64,000 nt of DNA, taken from contig NW_021835997.1 in assembly GCF_006345805.1 (NCBI RefSeq), forward strand, positions 186,001-250,000, in the 5' to 3' direction. Of the stretch, positions 12,482-26,006 are shown piece by piece (within the stretch, counting starts at the first letter, position 1; the number at the start of each line of letters is the position of its first letter). A model generated the notes under the pieces. That model did not search any database, was not told the origin of the DNA, and worked only from the letters and a program-made list of their open reading frames with translations. Both the position numbers and the translations under genes were made by a program. The DNA comes from Octopus sinensis. Lineage: Eukaryota.

Positions 12482-14290
12482 TTATATGTTAATCAAAATA
12501 AGCCTGCGGATCGAAAGGCAGTTCCCGCGTGTAATAGACACCGAGACGGGCAACAGTGTCTTGGAAAAAGAATCCATACAGTTCACGTGCCAAACGAGTG
12601 ACCTACCTCTCCTGAAAGGGAACGTAGTCATCCCGTCAGGATGTTTCCCGTCATTTTGAAGTCCAACTAGTTCCAGGATAGATTGGAATCTGACGGAATC
12701 CAAAGCCCTCTTCATGCCATCATTGAGAAGTGCATGGCGCGGAAAACGGCCAGCACTTCTCTTATATGACAACGCGTGTAACCTGTTTTTTGAGATCATC
12801 AAACCACACCGACAACGGTGTGGTTGGCATATGTCTAATCCCAGTGCAAATACACGCCGATACGGACGGCTTCGTTTTCCAAGAGCAGACCATTAGACGC
12901 CAGTGGGAGGGCATTTAACCAATTTTCAGAATAAAGCTGGCAGGCGCAGTTCAAGGACGCCAACTTTATCTAGTCGGCTTGCTAGTAAAAACGTTCCACT
13001 AAATGAGAACACCTGATGACATCCCATCTCCTGTATGAAAGGAATCTCAAGGAGGTCAAGTCCAGCGATTTCAATTTGTGAACAGCAGCTGGATTTCCGA
13101 TAGCTCGCAGAGTTCGAGTGTGTTATTGAAAACAGAGAAAAAAATTTCCAGAAGCATACTTTGAGGGAAGATAGCATGGAAAAACAAGATCTGCACAAAA
13201 ACGAATCCCAATTCCCCCAAAGCGGAGTGAGAGCGCAACACGAGAGCGACCAACTTCAGTGAACAAAGTATTTAGAAGGAGTTGTAACGACACAGAAACA
13301 ACGTCAACCAAAGCCAAAAGTTGCTCATTCGAGCGGAAACACTGTATGTACGGAACAGATCAGTCAGACGTGGGATGTATAAAATAATTTTAGCAAAAAC
13401 ACCTTTAAATGAAACCCAAAATCTTTCCACGTTGCGAGACGATAGCCTTCGCGACTCCCTTGTTACAAATTGGGGAACCCAGAATCACAAAATCATCAAG
13501 AGCGGTTATACATAGATCATAAATCTTCCTCGAAAGGGCCAAAAAAGCAACAATCTGGGGCGTTAGTGGCTCCGAGAGTCCAGCTACTTCACATTTCGCG
13601 CAATTTAGTAAAAGTCCAATTTTAGCGAATTCAAATATTATCCTTAAAGAATCCTTTATTATGGCTTTTAACGACCCTCCAAAAGTGATGTCGTCCAAAT
13701 ACTAAAAATTAATTGGCGAAAAAATGCCACATGGATCCCACATTCTGACCTGATGACTTTACCCGAAAAAGCAGGCTGCTCAGCGTAGAATATGCAAAAG
13801 AAACGATTGGAAATAGCTCGGGTCAGCGTTTTTCGACAATCTTGAGCATTTAGTCCCTCCTGACACTATTAAATGAGTTTTTGACATCAAGCTTTAAGAG
13901 GAGTAGGACATTCTTAGGCTTCGAGATTGACAGCAGCCGAAAAGCGTGTGCCAGAGCTTCACAAGCCCATTTGACACCAAAACCAAATTAGAAAGGTAGG
14001 AACTCTTGGCTCATTTGCGGAATACAGAGATGTGAGATTATTTTTGCAGCCAGTTATCTGAATTCATTGTCAGCTGCAATCGGGCGTAATCCACCATCGC
14101 CCTTGCGGAGAGCTGTTAGATTGGCAGAAGGGATAGAGCCAGAAAAAATCCAAGAACAAACCCAATTTATCAACATAATAAAGCCCGGCCCGAATCGGTC
14201 ATCAGAGAGGATAATAAAAGGCAACTTATATTATTTTTGGACGCTGAATTCAAAAATGTTATCAGATATGAGATCAGACCTTCATACTTC
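12482..14290 (-). mobile_element. CRE-clade non-LTR retrotransposon (RT + RLE), heavily decayed
   Basis: ANLTALRKGDGGLRPIA, LKLDVKNSFNSVRRD, YLDDITFGG, ILGSPI, HALSYKRSAGRFPRH and DGKHPDGMT..LVWHVNC. Many stops. Confidence 0.9.
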
Positions 14291-14942
14291 GAGATCTAGA
14301 AATTGGTCCCTTATCTCCACGTAGAAATGTCTAACATAAAAAAGAACTTGTTTTTTGAGTTTGCCAGAAAATTTTAGCTAATATAGTTATATTTTATTAC
14401 AACTTAATTGTGTAATATTTAAATTTAATTTGACTGATGTAACATGTTTCTAGTGAGAACATGTAATAAAACATATTAATTCTAAACAAATCACAAATAC
14501 ATAATTAAAAAATATATATATTAATCTTGACGTTCTAAATTCATTTCTGTATTCAGAAATCTCATCAGATCTTCCTAGAGAGAGTTATGAATTCTGTCCC
14601 TGATTTCTTTAGGAAGGTCTGAGGAGAAAACCGAGGTGATTCCCGAATTCAGGAGCAATTTTTAGTTAATTTAGTTATAAATTATTATGTTTTAAAGCGA
14701 TTAAAGTTGGTGGTTGTTAATTGTTTCTAGTGGGTGCACCACGTGCGATGGCATTCAGGGTCAACTTCGGATCTATTTGATTCCCCTATTGTAATATATC
14801 AAACCGCAAGTATCTTACTCAATTTGATCAAATGCGTCAACAAAATTTACCTTAGTGGTAAGAAACATAATAAATCACTTCTAAAATAATAGCGTTCTTA
14901 TTTAAATCTAAAAATGCGTTTTATCTTGACCAAAAATAAACG

Positions 14943-15547
14943 CGAGATCTCCACTTGTGTGCAACCAATCGACCTGATTTTTCCAGGACAACTGCCTCCC
15001 TTGATGGTCTGCTATATTAACTTGTTCAACCTCCTCTAAACCTTTTTACTATCTCAAACTAAGGAACCATGTACGATGTAACTTAAGATGTCAGACTTAC
15101 AATGTAAATAAGAAAATAAATAAATTAATAAATTAAAAATATTGTTATATATCAATTTTGATGTTTTATGAACGTTTTTGCATGCAAAACTGGAGTCAGA
15201 CGTTCCTAGACCTTAGTTTCTTTATAGGCTACTACAATGTATGCTAATGGCCTATCCATAAGGGCCCTTCTACAAGAGGCCTGGAATTATGCAGTTTATT
15301 GATAAAATCTCTAGAATACATTAACAAATTCCCTAAACATATTATAAATTAGTTGATTAACAAATTTGAAAAGCTGAACTGTCTGAACTTTACATATTTC
15401 TAACTAAAAATGAGTATTTCCCGACAAAACACCCCCCGAGATCTCCACTTGTGTGCAACCAATCGACCTAATTTTTTCAGGACAACTGCCTCCCTTGATG
15501 GTCTACTATATTAACTTGTTTGACCTCCTCTAAACCTTTTTACTATC
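14943..15547. repeat. Pair of ~111-bp direct repeats (14943-15053 and 15437-15547)
   Basis: cgagatctccacttgtgtgcaaccaatcgacct...aaacctttttactatc occurs twice with a few substitutions. Confidence 0.9.
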
Positions 15548-18500
15548 CCTGGTCGTTATATTTGATATCCCTAATTCATAATCTCTATCTAAAGGACAAC
15601 AATAACCAAAAACACAAATTGGTTATCTGTTTGGACAATGAAATGGAGATATAACACTCTGGGTGTTTAAATGTTTTCTGTCGATACATAAAGACAAACA
15701 ACCATTATGAAATTCATATGCTGCTGAGAACGAGCGGGGAGATCAGTAAGGAGGTAACTGACTGCTTCCGCGGGAAATCTACAAAAAATGTAGCGCAGGG
15801 GATTCCTCAGGTTATCACTTTCCTGGACAATATGCCTATCATAATTAACCCGGATGAATAGCAAATTTTCAAATTTAAATACTATTCGGACTAGAACGTC
15901 AATAACCGAAGGATTGAGAGTATATATTTTCCCAATCATTCTGAACTGTTCAAGGCACCGAGCAAAATTCTTTGAATGTTAAAAAAAGGAACCTCTGTTT
16001 TGAAGGGGTAGAACACCGTACTCCTCTGATTAACAATATAGTCCAACCCCTTTTCTAGAGTTATCTTGGCAGTAAACATTACAATTAAACTATAAAGTGT
16101 TATGAAAGAAGGGAAAAGATGGGCAAGGTTGGTGAAAATTTCAAAGCTGTCGGTATCTGTGGTAAAAACATTACTCATCTTTGAATACTGCTCGTTTATC
16201 ATGTTTTCCACCACTTTATGGTCGTAGTTAAAAAACTCGAGATACTAAAAATGACTGATAAATATACCTTTGAAGTGCAATAAAAGGCGCATTCTCGGAT
16301 CGGCACTTCCTGGTGTACCAAATACATGCAAAGAAGTCCAAAAGTCCTGTGCTTGCAAAACTCGGCATTGCTTAGGGCAGAGAGGAATCCTGTCAACTGT
16401 TACGTAATCACTACTCAAAAGACATTCGATATATTCGTTCATTTCTTTAAATGAGTTCATGGCTGTCAGGCGTTCTTCGGGATCTTCCAAAATGGTAATG
16501 ACCAACTCGACACATTTGCGGTGGCTTTCCAATGAAAAATCATAAGCACACAAATGAGAAATCCTGGGGAGAAAGAAAATAATTCCCTCCTGCAGGATAA
16601 TCAAAACTCAAAACAATCAAGCCGACTCGGACGTAAAAAGTTTCATTAAATATCCACGTGGGGAGAGAATGAAGACAGTGCACTATTGTGTCCTTATTCT
16701 CGACAATTGCATCCATCAAAAGATCAGGCGACTTCAAATAAATATCGGCAAGCAGACTTTGGCTCTGTTTTTGTCAACTTAGCAAATAACCAGTTTGCGG
16801 GAATTCGGGTAAACAGAGAAGGCCTCGTGAATGAGTGTCTTCATCACCAGCATAAAACTATCGAAATATCTTTTATCCTTTATAGCGGCAGCCTGAGCAT
16901 TCTTAATGACAAAATGCAGAATGTTCTGACCAAACATGTCGCTGATGGACGCCTGTAACATTAACTCCGCAAATACAACCACTTCACTTAAATTACCCAA
17001 TACAAAAAGTAGAGCCTTGACGCATTCCAAAGAATAGCGAATAGTAAAGTCAGGAATAAAGTTGAGCATGAGGCGGATTCCCCGACAACTGCAGATGTGA
17101 TTCCGCAAGGACATACCCTCCAAACTTGGAAGGCAACATGTCTCCAAAACACGAATTTTAACTCTTTTCAAAAAAATTAGGCAAAAAAAGACAGTTTAAG
17201 AGCCTACAATACTGCCAAATCAAAACCCTCTCCTTAGAACGACAGACACACGAAGCAGTTTCAATGAGATTAAAAATACAAGACTGCACGGAAGTAAAGA
17301 GGGAGTGATCAGAGCCTCGAGAAACGCATCCATCAGCACAATGGACGTAGTCTCCTTCTTAACGTGAATGTCCGACATTTGAGTCATGCCAGCAGATAGT
17401 AACAAAAACAAAAAACCGAGATCTCTAGTGACAGCAATGATAGTAATGTGACGGACGACCGGCAGGATAATGTTGTGGACTATGGTCTTGTATTCCTCCC
17501 GGTGAATGTTCACTGAGTTCATTAGAATAGTACAAACCAAAAACACCAAGAAATGCATATCTGAACGCATCCCGGTTCGAGTCCTCGGCCTTCGGGTGAA
17601 GATCGTCGTAATTATACACACAGGGATACTACCTCAGCCTGGCATAGCATTTGTTTATTACCAACCACTGCGCGTTCAGTAACTGCGACAGAACATTCGA
17701 CGTCTCAGAAAGGTCGACACAGCAAATATGAGGCAGCAATCTGGAAACACGTAGGAATTTGTTCACAATTCTCTTTCATTATACAGCTTATTAAAGCACG
17801 TTTGCAGTAACTGGGATATTATAAACACATTCACCTCTAGAACGGGGAGTTGTGTAGAGAAATTGTGCTTGTTCCAACAAATTGAGACAGTAGGAGACCG
17901 TTTCATCTTTTCGTCAATATTGGACATTAACTACAGGTCAAGTGAGTGAGGAGTACGGGATATTTGGAGAAAATTGGTTTCCGACTGTAGCCTGAAATTT
18001 TGCCGATTATTCGAGATGCAGTGATGGCTATTTTTTGACCAGGACGGCAAATCACTCGACTCTTTGAACTATTGAGACGAATTCGGCAATCGAGGAATGA
18101 TTCGGGAAGATTTGTCGCCTTTATTTATCACTTTGTCAAAAAATGTAGTTTCCCTTCCTACAGACACACACTGTCACTCCGAAACTCACAACATTCTGTC
18201 TCGGGAAACAGGATTCTCTCGGTTGGACACCAAATTGTTCTCAAAACTAGCAGTTGTGTGGAAATGATCATTTGTAATCAGTGACGTTTTAAACCTAATC
18301 CAGGACATTGATTTGGGGCACAGCCCTGCAGAGAAGGAATTTGGGTTAAATTAGGTGTAGTTGTCACAGCCATTGGCAGACCGGGCCTCCCGACTGAGGG
18401 AATTTGGCTGGCTGTTTGGCAAAGTGCAGGCAATGTCGGGCAATCGAGGGAATCAGGCACTCCATACTTAGTTCTGAAGGTTATTTGTCTGGCTTAGTTA

Positions 18501-18800
18501 CGTAGGCATTCCAATACTCCCTCAAACAAGAGCTTGTGGATTATTATGAACTTATATCGACCATGGCCTGACATATAAACCAACAAATATCACAAAAGAA
18601 TGTCACACAAAGCCTGAGTTTGACTCGAATTGAGGTGTCCTTTTACGATATGAAAAAGACTTTGAAAGCACTGGGAATAATCAGTGAGAGTTGTCTGGGT
18701 GGGGAGTGTGTCTGACTCCACTAGACAAGAAGGGGGAGAACTGATATCGCACATCTACCAATATTGGTTGTGTAGTGGTGATCCCTTCATTAGGGAGTTG
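15440..18800. pseudogene. Unidentified intron-less decayed coding block
   Basis: Four ORFs share one minus-strand frame (17621-17220, 17171-16779, 16604-16245, 16214-15936). Protein-like plus-strand pieces lie at 17900-18800. GC is higher than in host genes, and no TE motif is recognised. Confidence 0.5.
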
Positions 18801-18811
18801 GTGGAGAGATT

Positions 18812-19735
18812 GCTTATTTTTTGTAGTTTAGATAGAAATTGGCCTAATTTTTGTTGTCGATCAGCCAATTCTCCTCTCCCAGAGTAATCAACTCGATACA
18901 ATGCCATAACAGAATCCACAATCTATCCAATTAATCAATCAAACTAATAGTCTGAAAACACCAGGCTCCTCATAAAATTTGGCTGCTACATGATCCATAA
19001 TTTCCATTTGATGTTCGCCTAAGGTCAATAATCTGAATAAACTGGTATAAACACGACTGTAAAGCACATTTTCCAAAGCTTCGTCCAAATTGACTTTAAA
19101 TCGAAGTGCACTTGGACGCAATCTAGAAGGTCTACTACCAAATTTAGATTAATATCCCAAAAATGTGTTTTCTATATCAACATACATCACTTTATGGCCA
19201 TTTAGTTGCCCAGTTGAATTGTCGATTTGTGAACTCACTTATATTGACTGGACAGGACTAACCACACAGAGTATGGGCTAACTGAGTCTTCCCACAACGG
19301 AATTCCCCAAAGAACTCAGTGATTGCCATACTTTCGATTCCTCCACCCAAAATTGAGCTTTTTTCTAACAATATTCAACTTACTCTAATTCAGTGCTTCC
19401 TGTTTGTACTCTGAAACACTGTTCTCTTCTCATTGAAAATTCAGAGGCACTTATAAACGTGCTTTCCTAATAAAGTGGGGATTAGTCAGTCTACGGTTAT
19501 TTTACGGGCGCTTTCTTTGATTTTTTCAACTTTGGTGTCGGAAATTCCTTTAATTCCGAGGAGTTTCTTGGTTGTGGTCATTTGGATTCCCTTAAATTAT
19601 TTCTTGCTATATAAACTCTAATCGTGCATATTCCTGCCGATTTGAGTTTTTTGATGTCGGCGACGTTCTATGTTTATAACAAAAATAAACGATTCCGTAG
19701 TTTTCAAGCAAGTCAATGTCGTGGTAGCCAAAAAA
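18812..19735 (-). pseudogene. DMC1: DMC1 meiotic recombinase, 3'-truncated and probably non-functional copy
   Basis: Spliced product HDIDLLENYGI|NVADIKKLKSAGICTIR|GIQMTT..|..TELD|[31 protein letters not shown]|V..VMYVDIENTF|RP..NVLYSRVYTS|EHQME..FRLL|[37 protein letters not shown]. Introns are 22-28 nt and one donor reads TT. It stops after QKIS. Confidence 0.92.
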
Positions 19736-19750
19736 CTAAACATTATTTTT

Positions 19751-22700
19751 ATGGATAACGATTTCATCCCCATTAATAGATGTTTCAACGAGAATTCATA
19801 TAGTATTTTGAGTATTTAACTTAGTCATACGTCCGATCCATGCTGTTTGTATGATTAGAATAGACTCTCGGCCTGATCTGACCGAGTACCAGCAGCCAAA
19901 GGTATTTGCCGATATCCGTGTTGACGAAGTTGAAATCAATCTTATAAACACGCAGGTTTTGCTTATAAATATATTTTGCAGTATTTGGATTCATGGGGTT
20001 TTGTGATTCCATAATTCTGTCCCAAAGAAGGACCAAGTTCAGAAAATTCAGAAATGACATGGATTTGCACACGAATTGGAGACATATGTACCATTAGTAA
20101 TATTTTGATTCTTTTTAGGTGGCAATATGCTATAAAATGTGTAATGGACACCCAATCTCACAGAAAGATGAGAAATATAGCTCAGATGATGGCACATAGA
20201 CGGTTGTTTAAGCAATATTCGGAAGCATATTTTCATAAATTAAACAAATCGAATAATCCCTCACATGACGAGGATATAAATGTTGATTTTTATTTAAAAT
20301 TGGCAGAAAGGGGAACGGGATTTGGACGTCTTTAATATTTTTCTTGCACGAAAGTTAACTTCTCTCAAAGTGACTGTAAAGTTGTCGGATAAAGCAAATG
20401 ACTCTAAAAAAACCACTTGGGGTAATTACTAGTTGGTTTGATACCAAACTTGAATCTGCCGAGTCGAGAGAATTCACCGCCGAAGAGAAGACAAAGTGAT
20501 GTAAGGCTATTGGATATGTCGGAGAAATGTCAAAATATCCAGATTCTGTATTATTTTAGTTAATTTTGTAATTATGTGATATTTAAATTTGAATTTCTGC
20601 TCAAAAATGTGACTTTATCTCTGTTTGACAATCAACTGATGTTTTACTACTAAAATAATGTTTAGCAGATCGCTGGCAGTGTTTAGAAGCAAAAAACTAA
20701 TGTCGACTTACGAGGCTATTTCAGACGGATTCTGAATTGACATTTCGTTGGAGGATTTGTTTGTTTGCGGCAAAACAAATGCGGGACGTGAGAGAATTTT
20801 GTTGTGCAAAGAATCTACAAACACAAAACAAAATTTGCCTGTACTGGATTTCCAATTTGTATAAAATCCAATCAACCAACCATTTGACAGCATTTTTAAT
20901 GTGTTCTCAAGTCCAATGTCTATGGCATATGATTACGTAAGTCTAAACTTATGATTTTAGAAATCCATCAACAAAATTTATAACTTTTTTATACCCCCAA
21001 AGTCCGTAGCTTTCCAAGAGTTGTTGAATTTGGATATTTTAGATTCAAAACTATGGCATACGAGAAACTAGAAGAACTGAAGGACATTTCAGGGACCACA
21101 CTCACAAAGCTTGCCGATAGTAAAGACCGAATGAATCTCAACCTTGAACTGAATCCTCTCCATATTATAATTCCGGATAACGGAAATTTGGGAGAGTACA
21201 TATTGTTTATGACGCAAGGGGATCTCGTGCACTTATTGTGGATCTCGGGTATTTGAGGATTACTTCTGACCACGAGATTTGTTGTGGTCCAATCAACAAG
21301 TATATTTTGTCGCTTGAAGGGATACAAATATTATATGCTCACAAAGGTTAGGTTTGTTCTTTCTACAATAGAAAGTGATTGGCAGACTGCCCGCGTTTTA
21401 AAAAAATTCTGAATTTCATATTGGACTCATTCATTTTTCGGGTTTTAACTTTTAATTTTAGTTTAGGAAATAAACAAACTCAAATTATAACATCGCCCAG
21501 CAATAAGAAAGAATCTGTCCGGTCGCTTAGAATTTCTTATCAATCCACGGTTATTGCACATTTATTTATTTTTAGAATTGTGGGGTTCTAGACGGTTAGA
21601 ATTGTAGAAGACGTGCGACGTTGATATTTAGACTGTTTTATTGTCGATTCTTCAATTGCTGAAATTGTGAGTAATCTATCAAGTATTTCTTACGAATTTC
21701 CCAAATAAGAAACACGTTTTTATTTTTGATAATATTTTTGTTAGCTCAAGATGACAAAAACGTAGAAAAGTTGTCAAAAGCACCTTATGGTGTGGATCTG
21801 GTTATTGTGGCGGACATCCAGGAGATAATGATGACATTGAAGACTGTGAACTCTGAAGGAATAGATTTTAATGTCCGCGGAATGCCTTCCACCGTAGAAT
21901 TTACAAAAGGTAGAACAGAAATGACATTTTCTCTGTCGAATATTTTATTGTCACAAAAGAGTCAATTTCCTGGACTTTATCGCCACATTATTGCCAATGT
22001 GGAGAATGAGCTAGTTTTTCGTGCAAATTTTGTTTTTTGGACTCGCCGAACATACGACGAAACGTTTCCTGACATTGAAGTGACATCCAACATTTCAAAA
22101 CTCTATATTGTGTACTATCCTCCCGTATTTATGGAAATTATCCAATTTTTCAACAACTACGAATACATCAGGTCTTCATTTGTTTCAAAGTTGACGTCAC
22201 TTGCCAAACGCACTACAGAAATGTTCACCTGTGAACAGTCTAAACTCATTTATTTAAATGTTTTGTTTTATGATGAATTTTAGATTGAACTCGACGCTCC
22301 GGAGATCATTATCCCCCATCCTGTCAAGCTTGGTCAAGCTCTCATTCTCGATTTTGGGAGATTAAGAATTATTAATAGTTTTGAAACAAGTCCTTTGGCT
22401 GAAAATATTAAAATTTTTCTTACTGACTTATCCATTTCCAGGTTATCAATTATTTCTACGAATCGTAGGAGTATTAAAAGTGAAACTGACCAGAACTGTA
22501 TGCTTGTTCTTCCCATAACTACAAATTTGTCAATTAAAAGGCTTCTCAATAATTTGCGTGTTTCGAATTGTCCTCAAATTGAGGTAGATGCGGATCTTCA
22601 GTCGATTAAAGTTTTCAACTTGAATATTATTTTTAAGATTGGACTAAATTTTGATGATTATACCTTTTTACTGAAATATTGGATGGTGTTTCAACTTTTT

Positions 22701-25700
22701 CGGAATTAGGAGATTCACTGGAAAGTACACAAATCGGTAGATATTTTTTTAATGTCTAAACAGATCAAAATATTGAGTTTAATCTAGTGAGGGCATATAT
22801 TAGTTTATTCGCCATCTTAGAAGTTTCTAATATTGAGATTGCGTTGTTTTTTGACGAAAAAATCGTTACAAATATCGTTTTTATATCAATAGGGCAGACT
22901 TACTTCGCACGAAGTTCAGTTCAGTTATACCTGCTTTAAATTATCACAAAATGTCGTAAAATATACAAAATATGACAATTATGAAGCAGAGTATTCAACC
23001 TTCTTTGATGATTTGACTATTCTGGACAACAGAATAAGCAGACATGATAAAATAAACAGGTTTTTTTACCTTAAATTTAATATTTTTTTGTTGACTTAAT
23101 TCGTTTAGATTTTTTAGTCGAAAAATCAATCCAAACTCGATTGATAAGCTCGTGAAAATTCACTGCTTGATTAATCCAAACCAAATTTTTTGTTCAGTAT
23201 TTAATTTCCTATTTTATAGTAAATTTTGAAATTTGTGATATCATTCTTATTTTAATTTTGGAATTCATTTTGCGTCTTTTGAGTATTTTTGAACAAGATG
23301 ACTCGGGAAAGAAGGCTACCACATAAAGCAGTGACAAAAAATGTATATTGGAGATTTATTTCAATATTAGATGTCAGAAAGTCACAGAAATGTGTTATTC
23401 TCAAGACTGCTGCTCGGGCTGATTTTGTTTTAGTCGAGAATGCATCTGTTCTCGATTCTCGTGCTTTTGTCTTACAGGTTAATATTGATTTCAAATTTTT
23501 AGTGTATTTTTAAAATGTATTATACTGCTAATTCAAACCAGACAACTCTAAAAATAGAGTTTGGTGATTTGATAATATATGCTTCCAAATTTGATCGAGA
23601 TTTAAAACTTAAATGCGGATCATATGTTTATTTTATCATTAAATGTGTTAGATTCTGGAACGTACTTTGATTACGTGTTTTTATTCTGTTGGTTTATTGG
23701 ATGAGATACTATTGGTGACAATACCTGAGGTTTATCTTCACTGGTCTCCTGCGATAATTGCAAGTCTGTCTATAGCTTTGAGTTCTTTGTTTTCCCCTGA
23801 GGTGTAATTTCCGAGTGAGCTAAATTTAGGTAATAACGGAAAAACGTGAAAAAGATTTGAATCTTTTATTACACGAAAGGAATATTATTGAATCTGATTT
23901 TCCTTTTTTAAAAAAATTTTAATATTGGGAGCAGTGAGGATTCGATTCGTCCGATACTTTCACCTAAGACTAAAAAAGTGTTTTTCAACTAATTTTATTT
24001 TAAGTTTGAATTTGCGATTTTGTCGATGTCAATATTTTTCTATTCTGGGTTTTGTCCAACTGCAATGTCTTTGGTTTTAATTGAAAGTTCTCTCTACGCG
24101 AAGGGGGAAAATTTGTCAAATAAAGTTTGTGAAAACCTTATTTTGTAGGTGTCTTTAAAAATGGATTTAAAGTTAAGTATTGGATATTACAATAAACAAT
24201 TTCTATGCTGGGAACCGATTTTAGAACCTCTGGAATCAGGGGAGTGTTTTAAACCATGGACTGCTTCAGTTGAAGTTTGTATTTATACTTTGATTAATTA
24301 GGCGGAAATTAGTTTATGTGAACCAAAAAAAATTTTAGTGGATCTTTCGTCGAATGACTGTCTTGAATTTACAGTTACCACACATTTAATCGATTTTCTA
24401 AGAAGTCTGACTAATGTTTGTTTTATGTTGCATATTTTAGGAATTTGATGATTCATCAGAATTGATTAACATTGGTTTCGGAACTCACGAAAATAAACCA
24501 GAATTTGTATTTTCAAACTATTGTGGAATTCCTGTTAAAATTATATTTGACGAAATTCTGATGACGTCGACGGGAGAAAAATCTCGATTTTTGTGTCTAT
24601 CTGGAAGGATTAGGGAAAATGATTGTTTATGCGGGAAAGTCTATATATCTCTCTATTCCTTTTCTTAATATGTGTGATGGAAAGGTTTTATGTTCTCCTA
24701 TTCTGGATAAAGAGTATTTTTTATTTGATGTTTTAGAATAGTTGTTCCATCTAAATCCGTTCAAATTAATAAATCAGATGATTTTAAGGGTCGTCAGAAT
24801 GTGGACTGTTCTGACGTGAATGGGAACATTATTTTTACATATTCGGTTTTTAGGAAAATTTCATGTTTTAGTCATTTTTGGATGAAAATTTCATCTTAAA
24901 TGACGAAACTGGAGTTTTAGACGTATCTACAACAATTGGACTGTTTCCTGTTTTTAGAATCCGTAATCTTCTGCCATATCGAATCGCATATTTGTCTTGT
25001 TATGATTCATACACTTTTGTGGATTCCGATTCTCAGTCTGATATCTATTTGGTCGGTAATTTTATTTTTTTGAAGGTATTTTTAATTCTTTTTGCCAGCT
25101 TTCTGATTATTTGACTGAAGTTTGAGAATGTTGTGTCTCCGTCGCGAATTTTGTTGAATCAAACATTCAATATTTGGAATTCAGATCTCAGAGTGGAAAG
25201 ATTGTGAGAAATAAATTCAGCTAATTTGCTAATTTAATCACTCAGACTGTCCTGTACGGTTAGAGAAGGATTGGTGACGTGGGATGTTTATTCTCCCTAT
25301 TGGATGCTCAATAAGACTGGATTAAATATAACTTATAAAATAGTTACTTTTAATTTTTTTATGATTAAGAACAAGTCGACATATGGACATCCTGATATCT
25401 GCAGCAATTATCTCCTATTTGATACTCGTGCATTCGATTCGTCCAGCGCGGTTTTTTGGTATTAAAATTAATTTTGAACAGCTTTCGATTAAAGTTGGAA
25501 ATTCTTGTTGGTCGGACAAGTTTTCTCTCGACACTGCTGGCAGTTCAGGGTCTCTTTCTTTTAAAGAAGGTAGTCGGAAATTTTAAGTTTTTTTATAAAA
25601 AAATAATTTTAGATTGGAATCAGAATTAAAATGTCAAGTTATCCATTAACAAAAATAATACTATTGACTTTTTTCATGTCTATACACAACCTCTCTTCCA

Positions 25701-25990
25701 TAGATCTCCTAATAAAAAGGGACATTTGGGAATGCTTGTCTATTGGTTTTATTTTTGAATAATGTGATTGCAGATATAGATGAAGATTGAGCTTCAAACA
25801 TGAAATAAACGTTATATGTGAGATGAAATAATATATTTTTAGTTTTCAATCAATCAAATGGAATTATTTGAAGTTCAATGGGACATTAAGGCAAAATCAA
25901 AATATTTTTTGGATAGGATATTTTGAGTTTCTTAAAAATTTTGAGTTTTGTTCGAGGGACAGTTACATATTTAAAATATGTTTTAATGTC
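19751..25990 (+). pseudogene. VPS13: VPS13A/C-like lipid transfer protein, internal fragment with many micro-introns
   Basis: IIRPIHA..PKVFADI, RWQYAIKC..HRRLFKQYSEAYFHKL, LELNPLHIIIP, DAPEIIIP..LILDFGRL, YYNKQFLCWEPILEP, YSPYWMLNKTGL and WSDKFSLDTAGSSG. The N-terminal chorein segment and the C-terminus are not visible. Apparent 1-nt frameshift near 19990. Confidence 0.88.
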
Positions 25991-26006
25991 CGTAGCAGTC
26001 ATAATG

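Noticed and set aside
17940-18830. Plus-strand frame with many TGA and no TAA, suggesting TGA=Trp
   Set aside because: TAG stops and ordinary TGG codons also occur, other frames look more protein-like in parts, and host genes and TEs read in the standard code.
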